The notes under the pieces: generated by a model | Told to the model about the DNA's origin: nothing | The model's database searches: none | The model's input: the letters and a program-made list of their open reading frames with translations, nothing else | Origin: Nostoc sp. PCC 7120 = FACHB-418 | Lineage (GTDB): Bacteria; Cyanobacteriota; Cyanobacteriia; Cyanobacteriales; Nostocaceae | Assembly (NCBI RefSeq): GCF_000009705.1 | Contig: NC_003272.1 | Coordinates: forward strand, 6,180,001-6,212,000 | DNA length: 32,000 nucleotides | Reading direction: 5' to 3' | Shown here: positions 26,363 through 32,000 of the stretch, piece after piece | How positions within the stretch are numbered: the stretch's first letter is position 1 | How the letters are laid out: every line of letters starts with the position of its first letter | Translations under genes and position numbers: made by a program

Positions 26363-26588
26363 ATATTTTGGGCTTAATGGAGTTAGTGTAACTAACTATG
26401 TAAAATTTTGTATCAGCTTTCAACATTTTTGGCTATCTACATGAGAAATGGCTGAGAGAACGTCTGTGAAGTATGCAGTCACAAATATTTCTGAGCAGAT
26501 GATCCTGATCACATACTGAATTAGTTAATACCAGCTATACTTAACTCTTAAGATTATCTATAAAAATACTCAATTGGGAAGCTGAGTT

Positions 26589-27287
26589 ATGGGAATGCGG
26601 AGAGCGGATCGTCGAGATTCTAATCATGACAATTCAGTTAATAATCCTCGCACACCTCGAAAAGAACCAGCTCCACCCCATGAGCTTAAGCAGCTACTGA
26701 TGACGGTTCGCGCCCAACGTGATGAATGGCAAGAAATTGCTAAACAAAATGAGGAAGCAGCATCTCAACTGGTTCATGTTCAGCAAACACTTCAAACCTA
26801 TCAAGTTGAAGCTAATGATCTCAAAGAGCGCGTGACCCAAAATTACCAGCTTTATCTCGACGAACAACAAAGATATCAGCAGACTCTCTGCCTCTACAAC
26901 GAAGAAAAAATTAGAGCAAATGAATTATTTACCCAATATGAGACAACAAACTCTGAACGAGAAATGTATTTGACTCTATACAATGAAGCCAAAGCGGAAC
27001 TCAAGTATGAGCGACGTTCTAAAGCTAGTATTAAAGGATGGGAAACTCGTCGTAAAGCCGAGAACGAAAAACTAAAGCGAGAAATCGCTGAAATGGTTGT
27101 GCTATTGCGTGAATCTTTGGCTGGTAAGGAAGAAGCTGTCAACAGCCTCTACGTTGTAGCAGAGCGTATGGATCGGATTCAATCTTTAGTTGATTTGGCT
27201 GATGAAGAAACAACAAGCAATCCTGTAGGCCTGGTACAAAAATTTAGACGCATCTGGCTTGCTATTAAAGAGATACTTTCTGATTGA
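26589..27287 (+). CDS. hypothetical coiled-coil protein (232 aa)
   Basis: Long ORF with a basic N-terminus followed by Gln/Glu/Lys-rich heptad-like sequence. No recognisable enzymatic motif. Its stop codon abuts the predicted 3' end of the group II intron on the opposite strand. Confidence 0.5.
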   Translation: MGMRRADRRDSNHDNSVNNPRTPRKEPAPPHELKQLLMTVRAQRDEWQEIAKQNEEAASQLVHVQQTLQTYQVEANDLKERVTQNYQLYLDEQQRYQQTLCLYNEEKIRANELFTQYETTNSEREMYLTLYNEAKAELKYERRSKASIKGWETRRKAENEKLKREIAEMVVLLRESLAGKEEAVNSLYVVAERMDRIQSLVDLADEETTSNPVGLVQKFRRIWLAIKEILSD

Positions 27288-27329
27288 TTAGAGTCGATAC
27301 CTAAATTACTCTAGGACACCTCTCCTTCA

Positions 27330-27363
27330 GAACCGTGCGTGCAACTTTCACTGCACACGGCTC
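27330..27363 (-). ncRNA. group II intron domain V
   Basis: The minus strand reads GAGCCGUGUGCAGUGAAAGUUGCACGCACGGUUC. This is a 34-nt hairpin with the AGC catalytic triad, a 2-nt bulge geometry and a GAAA tetraloop. It lies 26 nt downstream of the IEP stop, after a closing DIV stem CCUAGU/ACUAGG. Confidence 0.9.
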
Positions 27364-27389
27364 CTAGTTTGATACCTACTAGGTTGGGG

Positions 27390-28967
27390 TTAACCCACCG
27401 TTCGGACTCTCACCTGACCATGAATAGTCTGATGCTGGTGACATTCTCGGTGTAGAACTTCCAGATTGTTAGGCTTCCAATTATCATGGTTGCCATCAAT
27501 GTGGTGTAATTCTGCAATATCCCCAGAGATGAACGATAGGTTACATTCTGTACATTTATGATTCTGTTTCTTGAGAAGTCTTGCCGTTACCCCGTCGTAG
27601 TTTACATTTTCCCGTTTTGACCAGTAAACAAAGTCGCCATCGTATGGGGATTTATCCTCCGTTACGTTATTGAATCTGCAAGCTGCCCATTTTACGGCGG
27701 GAAATGCTCTATGTATAACCTGATTGGTTTGGTCGCGGTTGTATCTTCCTTGTTTGCGAATGAACTTCCATGTCCAATAGGCTATAGCCCATAGGTTATG
27801 TTGGCTCATATCACAGAATCGATGATAGTTTCTCCACCCTCGAACTATCGCACCGCATTTGTCGATACGTTCCTCTAGAGTGAAACAACTGTCTTTCATC
27901 ACTTCTTTGACTTTTGCCTTGATGCTACTTGTAGCCTTTTGACTTGGTGTTGAAATGAATTTACCATTGGGTTTAACTACAAAGTTCCACCCAAGGAAGT
28001 CGAAACTATCTGTACTATGTACAATTTTAGTTTTGGCTTCTTTGACTTTTAATCCTCTTGCTTCCAAGAAGGTATCAATATTTTGTCTGAGAGCTTCTGG
28101 GTTGTCTTCAGGTTTCAGTAAGAACACCACATCATCCGCATAACGGAATCCCTTGATGGTGTCTATTTGTCTGCCCCCACTTCTAACTTTGTATCTTAGT
28201 TCGTGACCAACATTTTCTAGTCCGTGTAGAACTATATTTGCCAGTAACGGACTGATTACGCCGCCTTGCGGTGTGCCGGATTCTGATGAAGGAAATTCCC
28301 CCCTGACTCCGGCTTTAATAGCCCAAAATATTCCCTGTTTTGCTGCCTTTGGTAGTTGGACAGATTGCATTAAAAATTTATGGTCAATCTTGTCGAAACA
28401 CCTTTCGATATCCAGTTCTAATATTCTTTTACTTAATCCGTTGGCTTGCCCACCGTTTAAGTTGCTGAATAATAATTTTTGTACATCGTGGCAACTTCTG
28501 CCAGGTCTAAACCCGTATGAACGGGCATTGAACATAGCTTCTGCTGCTGGTTCCAAGGCATATTTGATTAGACATTGATATGCTCTATCGCTGATGGTTG
28601 GTATCCCTAATCCCCTTCTAGTTCCGTCTGCCTTGGGAATGTACACTCGCTTTAAGGGCTGGTGCTTCCATTGTTTCCAGTTCTTGACTAGCACTTCGTA
28701 GAGTGCCAATCTTTGAGAGGGTTCGAGGGCTTTCTTTCCGTCCACCCCTGCGGTTTTCCGTCCAGTATTTAGCTGCGTTACCTGCCGGATAGCGAGTAAT
28801 TTAGCTGCTTTAGAGCTTAATAAAAGTTTCTGAAGTTTGCGTACTAGGCGCGTGTTACCGTTCTTTTGAGCCTTGAATATTCTCACTTGTAGGCGAAATA
28901 CGATTTTCCGCAGCTTGCGCCACGGTATCGATTTCCATTTATCAACTGGATTTAACTCCGTTGTCAT
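27390..28967 (-). CDS. group II intron reverse transcriptase/maturase with C-terminal HNH endonuclease domain
   Basis: MTTELNPVDKWKSIPWRKLRKIVFRLQVRIFKAQ.. is a typical IEP N-terminus. RT motifs include ..GIPTISDRAYQ.., ..GTPQGGVISPLLANI.. and ..FRYADDVVF.. (YADD). The X/maturase region contains ..IVRGWRNYHRFC... HNH motif: ..CTECN......ELHHIDGNHDNWKPNNLEVLHRECHQ... The track ORF begins at an upstream GTG (29009); the ATG at 28967 is preferred. Confidence 0.9.
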   Translation of the reverse strand: MTTELNPVDKWKSIPWRKLRKIVFRLQVRIFKAQKNGNTRLVRKLQKLLLSSKAAKLLAIRQVTQLNTGRKTAGVDGKKALEPSQRLALYEVLVKNWKQWKHQPLKRVYIPKADGTRRGLGIPTISDRAYQCLIKYALEPAAEAMFNARSYGFRPGRSCHDVQKLLFSNLNGGQANGLSKRILELDIERCFDKIDHKFLMQSVQLPKAAKQGIFWAIKAGVRGEFPSSESGTPQGGVISPLLANIVLHGLENVGHELRYKVRSGGRQIDTIKGFRYADDVVFLLKPEDNPEALRQNIDTFLEARGLKVKEAKTKIVHSTDSFDFLGWNFVVKPNGKFISTPSQKATSSIKAKVKEVMKDSCFTLEERIDKCGAIVRGWRNYHRFCDMSQHNLWAIAYWTWKFIRKQGRYNRDQTNQVIHRAFPAVKWAACRFNNVTEDKSPYDGDFVYWSKRENVNYDGVTARLLKKQNHKCTECNLSFISGDIAELHHIDGNHDNWKPNNLEVLHRECHQHQTIHGQVRVRTVG

Positions 28968-29592
28968 AACGTTCTCTACGCCTTTGAATATTTTCTGTAC
29001 AAACCGCACCCAGTCGTCTAAGAGTCCTTATTTCTTAGATTTTCGAGTACATCTTACCAACTCTACCCGCTAAACCTTATTTAAGGGTTCCACAGCTTAA
29101 TTGCTGGAGGTTGAAAGAGCCGTTTTATTCGTTCCTCAGTTTAGTTGGTTTGTAGTTTTAGGTTCTCTCACTTCGCCCACGATTTCCCAGAAAAGCATCT
29201 ATCGAATGTAAGATGATGCGGGTATTTTCACACTTTTGGTGCTATCTTGTGTCGTTGTTCGTCTTTGAGTTCAGACGATGCGGGTTGGACGCTTTTTCTG
29301 AGAGTTCAACTGCTGTTTAACCATGACTACCTGCCTGTACGAGTTACCCCCATCTCAGGTTTGTTATCCTCGTTTTGCTCCCAGCTTCATTTTCAGAGTT
29401 TGTTCTCTGTCCATGTGGGCAAATTTTGGCTTCACGTCTTTCCTAACGGGTGAGACTTGTCCTGCGACGCACTCACACTATACTGAAGTTATCCTTGCTT
29501 TCTTTGAGGTTAAATTATTTCTAATTGACCAAGGCGGTGCAAGGACTCTATTCCCCACAGCTTTCGCTATGTTTCATAGAAACGAACCGCAC

Positions 29593-29790
29593 ACATCCTC
29601 CCACCGCTAATCAGGAGTACCTGATATAGCGGGGGATTCCAAAGATCGCTCTTTGGGCTTCCTCTTTCCACGAGTTGATTTGCTTGAAGGAGTTTTCTCA
29701 CTCAAGTATTGATCAGTCTCTCCAGAGGCGTTGGTTCCGACGTGACCCGCCGTACTTAATGCTTTTTCTAATATGTTCCGCGCCGCGTTC
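29593..29790 (-). ncRNA. predicted TnpB omega-RNA (reRNA) scaffold region
   Basis: By analogy with characterised TnpB systems, the guide RNA scaffold overlaps the tnpB 3' end and RE and ends at the transposon boundary. No covariance model could be run and the extent is a guess. Confidence 0.3.
29604..29632 (-). other. IS right-end (RE) subterminal hairpin, spans the tnpB stop codon
   Basis: Minus strand: CCGCUA[U]AUCAGG-UACU-CCUGAUUAGCGG. This is a 12-bp stem with one extrahelical U on the 5' arm. A lower extension CCC/GGG follows a 1-nt 3' bulge. Confidence 0.75.
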
Positions 29791-30848
29791 CAGTCCCGGT
29801 CTTGGGTATGCCCACAACGAGGACAAACATGGGTTCTAGTGCTAAGAGTCTTTTTGACAATCTCGCCACAATTAGAGCAATTTTGCGAAGTGTAGTGAGG
29901 CAGAACTGCAACAGTTACCACGCCAAAAACCTTACCAAAATACTCAACCCACTCCCGGAACAGCGACCACGACACATCACTAATCGACTTAGCCAAGCGG
30001 TGATTTTTCACCATATTCCGCACCTGCAAATCCTCATACGCCACAAGGTCGTTAGACTTCACTACGCACCTTGCTGTCTTGACAGCAAAGTCTTTACGCT
30101 GGCGACTTACTTTGAGATGCTTACGAGCAAGTTTATTTCTAAACTTAATTCTGTTTTGAGAACCCTTTTTGGTCTTAGACATCCGGCGTTGCAATCGTCT
30201 CAAAGACTTTTCACTTTTGCGAAGATGTCTAGGATTGGCGACTGTTTCCCCGTTACTATCTGTATAAAAGTGGTTCAATCCCACATCAATGCCAATAGTT
30301 TTACCCGTTGGTTTTCGCTTTTCTACTCGTTCATGGTCAATGCAAAACCGGCAATAATAGCCATCCGCACGACGCACAACCCGCACCCTTTTAAACTGTT
30401 TAAGTTGGTAGAAATGCAGGTCACGGGTTCCCCAAAGCTTGAAAGTTCCTGCTTTAAATCCATCGGAGAAAGTGATGTACCTGCGGTCATCAGAAAGTCG
30501 CCATCCACAAGTTTTGTACTCTACAGAACCGTGCGTTTGCTCTTTCTTGAACTTTGGGAATCCCTTTTTTCCTGGTTTCTTTTTCTTGCAGTTATCAAAA
30601 AACCGAGCAATAGCAGACCACGCTCTTTCTGCACTGGCTTGACGAGCCATCGAGTTGAGATTTTTCGCAAACTCAAACTGTTGTGCTAACACAGCACAAT
30701 ATGCGGAAAGCTCATATCTGCCTATATCTTTATTGTCCATCCAGTATCTCAGACAGCTATTACGAACAAAACGAGCAGTTCTAATCGCCTCATCTAGCGA
30801 TTGATACTGCTCATCCAGTCCCTCAAGTTTTGCCTCAAATACCAGCAT
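29607..30848 (-). CDS. tnpB: TnpB (OrfB) RNA-guided endonuclease, IS200/IS605 family
   Basis: MLVFEAKLEG.. is a typical TnpB N-terminus. The RuvC triad is intact: D in TIGIDVGLNHF, E in LVAYEDLQVRNM, D in HTQDRDWNAARNI. The zinc-finger insertion CSNCG...CPRCGH is present. The 30 extra N-terminal codons in the track ORF (to 30938) lie in the LE and are not credible. Confidence 0.9.
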   Translation of the reverse strand: MLVFEAKLEGLDEQYQSLDEAIRTARFVRNSCLRYWMDNKDIGRYELSAYCAVLAQQFEFAKNLNSMARQASAERAWSAIARFFDNCKKKKPGKKGFPKFKKEQTHGSVEYKTCGWRLSDDRRYITFSDGFKAGTFKLWGTRDLHFYQLKQFKRVRVVRRADGYYCRFCIDHERVEKRKPTGKTIGIDVGLNHFYTDSNGETVANPRHLRKSEKSLRRLQRRMSKTKKGSQNRIKFRNKLARKHLKVSRQRKDFAVKTARCVVKSNDLVAYEDLQVRNMVKNHRLAKSISDVSWSLFREWVEYFGKVFGVVTVAVLPHYTSQNCSNCGEIVKKTLSTRTHVCPRCGHTQDRDWNAARNILEKALSTAGHVGTNASGETDQYLSEKTPSSKSTRGKRKPKERSLESPAISGTPD

Positions 30849-30999
30849 ATTTACGTCGCATTTGCTAATGTAAATTATGACGTAGATTTGCAAAAAACTC
30901 AACGGTTCCCTCTCCCTTACTGGCTTGTAGCCAGTCATGGTCGGAGAACGTCTCGTTTTTTGCCCTGTCTACGACACGCTACGCGAACGATTCATCTCG

Positions 31000-31023
31000 C
31001 CGCCAAATCAAAGATTATGGCGG
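31000..31023 (-). other. IS left-end (LE) subterminal hairpin
   Basis: Minus strand: CCGCCA[U]AAUC-UUU-GAUUUGGCGG. This is a 10-bp stem with an extrahelical U at the same position (after 6 bp) as in the RE hairpin. A lower extension CUC/GAG follows a 1-nt 3' bulge. Confidence 0.7.
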
Positions 31024-31059
31024 GAGCCTTCTCTCCGAATAAGGTAAAGCTGTATCCTT

Positions 31060-31578
31060 ATGGGTAAAAAATCAGTACCAGTCACACAAAGCAAAGCAAC
31101 ATTGGGAAATCAAATTCGTAGTATTGCCGATCGCCTCAAACAAGAAACTGAGGTACAAATAAAAGCAACCTCCCGTATTTTAGACGCTGCTGCTCAAATT
31201 TCGCAAAATCATGAGCGACTAATTAACGAAGTAGTTGAGATGGTTGAAGAAGACCTTGAGCAAGAAAGCCAGATTTATAACGTTGATATTCTGAAACAAC
31301 AGTTTAAAACATTACGTGAAGCCAAAGGTCACTTTAATTTGAAAGTCAATAGTTGGGAAGCTCTGGCTAACAAATTAAATGAACCGTCTTTGCAAGAGTG
31401 TTTCTTGGAGCAGAAACATCCGTCAGACGCTATCAGGAAAGAGGAACATGGACACAAGAAGATAGAAAAGATTACCGTTGGTTTACAGCCTGATGTTGCA
31501 GAAATTTTTCCTACTGAGGAAGCAGTAAATGAAGCTCTGCGTTTTTTAATCAGAATTACAAATAAACATCTTGATTAA
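31060..31578 (+). CDS. hypothetical protein (172 aa), helical/charged
   Basis: Complete ORF starting 16 nt beyond the inferred IS left boundary. No recognisable motif. Confidence 0.45.
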   Translation: MGKKSVPVTQSKATLGNQIRSIADRLKQETEVQIKATSRILDAAAQISQNHERLINEVVEMVEEDLEQESQIYNVDILKQQFKTLREAKGHFNLKVNSWEALANKLNEPSLQECFLEQKHPSDAIRKEEHGHKKIEKITVGLQPDVAEIFPTEEAVNEALRFLIRITNKHLD

Positions 31579-31798
31579 TATCTTGAACTTTTGCTACTGG
31601 TTGAACTGTAACAGACACAGAAGTTTTCGCAAGTATATTGGCTTTGATTTGACCTTTAACAGAAGCGAGAGCAGGTTGTTGATTGAGTGAGACGCACTGC
31701 ATGAGCTTGATAAATAATACTTATGTCATGTTTGCCAACATTCTGCACATCAGCAGCTCTATGATAAATTGATGTGATTTAACAAAGACGGCTGTTTT

Positions 31799-32000
31799 AT
31801 GTCTGAAGTCAATTATCAACAGCCCATTAGTACAGTAGCTACTCTCATCGAGATGTACACTGCGGGAAGGCGTGATTTTAACCGCGCTGAATTGGGTGAT
31901 GCTAATTTACAAAATGTAGATATCAAAGGCTCTGACCTTAGCTACGCTGATTTAAGTACAGCTAATCTTAGAGGAGCCAACCTGAGGGGAACTGACTTAA
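31799..32000 (+). CDS. pentapeptide-repeat protein, 5' partial (runs off the window)
   Basis: ATG at 31799. Translation is MSEVNYQQPISTVATLIEMYTAGRRDFNRAELGDANLQNVDIKGSDLSYADLSTANLRGANLRGTDL, with clear A(D/N)LxX pentapeptide periodicity. The frame is open to the window end. Confidence 0.75.
   Translation, partial: MSEVNYQQPISTVATLIEMYTAGRRDFNRAELGDANLQNVDIKGSDLSYADLSTANLRGANLRGTDL

Larger units (their letters stand above)
27288..29592 (-). mobile_element. group II intron (IIB-like, RT/X/D/HNH IEP in domain IV), about 2.3 kb
   Basis: The 5' end GUGCGGUUCG is the reverse complement of 29583-29592. About 580 nt of ORF-less RNA (domains I-III) precedes the IEP ORF. Domain V lies at 27330-27363 and a domain VI-like helix follows. 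The 3' boundary is approximate, at 27287-27293. Confidence 0.85.
29593..31043 (-). mobile_element. IS200/IS605-family element of the TnpA-less IS1341 type (tnpB only)
   Basis: tnpB is flanked by structurally matched subterminal hairpins. LE is at 31000-31023 and RE at 29604-29632. A TTAC tetranucleotide lies 20 nt 5' of the LE hairpin foot. The boundaries are inferred by analogy to IS608 geometry and are approximate. Confidence 0.65.

Noticed and set aside
27390-29009. Reverse transcriptase as a retron, DGR or defence-associated RT
   Set aside because: The RT carries the maturase X and HNH domains and is embedded between a GUGCG 5' end and a canonical domain V. It is therefore a group II intron IEP. 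No msr/msd-like repeats or a DGR template/variable repeat pair were seen.
29275-29435. EBS1/EBS2 assignment for the intron
   Set aside because: Three candidates were found: CCCAC near 29415-29419, GCAUC near 29275-29284, and GUGAAGC at 29429-29435. The last is complementary to the LE-flank GCUUUAC. Only 5-7 nt complementarities exist and they can be found for two competing 5'-exon hypotheses. Matches of this length are expected by chance in ~580 nt, so they cannot decide the insertion history without a proper domain I fold.
28873-29610. Small plus-strand ORFs (28873-29073, 29247-29453, 29323-29610)
   Set aside because: They fall within the structured RNA domains I-III of the group II intron on the opposite strand and have no coding features.
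29802-30689. 295-aa ORF on the plus strand
   Set aside because: It lies entirely antisense to tnpB, whose product has unmistakable RuvC and zinc-finger motifs. The antisense product has low-complexity, motif-less composition, so it is a shadow ORF.
30849-30938. 30-codon N-terminal extension of TnpB (MTGYKPVREREPLSFLQIYVIIYISKCDVN)
   Set aside because: It lies in the IS left-end region. TnpB homologs begin with the MLVFEAKL-type sequence at the internal ATG (30848).

Overview
The window looks like a chromosomal segment from a filamentous, Nostocales-like cyanobacterium. This is inferred from frequent GCGATCGC (HIP1) octamers, heptamer tandem repeats in short spacers, an SLH-OprB porin and GC-rich dispersed intergenic repeats. 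It has three parts. (1) 1-9.5 kb holds ordinary genes: mgtE, a MerA-like flavoprotein disulfide oxidoreductase divergent from a TVP38/DedA membrane protein, an OmpR-type response regulator, a histidine kinase, a PepSY-like lipoprotein, and a convergent SLH/OprB porin. (2) 9.5-25.7 kb is a glycoconjugate cluster built as two divergent operons around a 646-bp AT-rich spacer. The left arm has a MurG-like GT, two GT4s, an MsbA-type ABC exporter and an APH/WaaP-like kinase. The right arm has two MurG-like GTs, a paralogous ABC exporter, a histidine phosphatase, two tandem GT4s and a GT2. No Wzx/Wzy/Wza, initiating phosphoglycosyltransferase or nucleotide-sugar genes are visible. (3) 25.9-31.1 kb is a mobile-element zone. 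It holds a truncated IS4-like transposase remnant and a composite of a complete HNH-type group II intron (RT/maturase, domain V, GUGCG 5' end). That intron starts only 11 nt past the right-end hairpin of a co-oriented, TnpA-less IS200/IS605 (IS1341-type) element. This element encodes a TnpB with an intact RuvC triad. The composite sits between two co-oriented hypothetical coiled-coil genes. The window ends in a partial pentapeptide-repeat gene. The most interesting observations are four. The intron lies at or near the position where the TnpB guide RNA scaffold should meet its guide. The glyco-cluster has mirror-image kinase and phosphatase arms. A roughly 27-nt palindrome-plus-direct-repeat motif occurs both at the two-component system and in the glyco-cluster promoter region. 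A sharp ~97% identical 348-nt tract joins the 3' ends of two otherwise diverged tandem GT4 genes. All family calls come from motif recognition by eye; no database search was possible.
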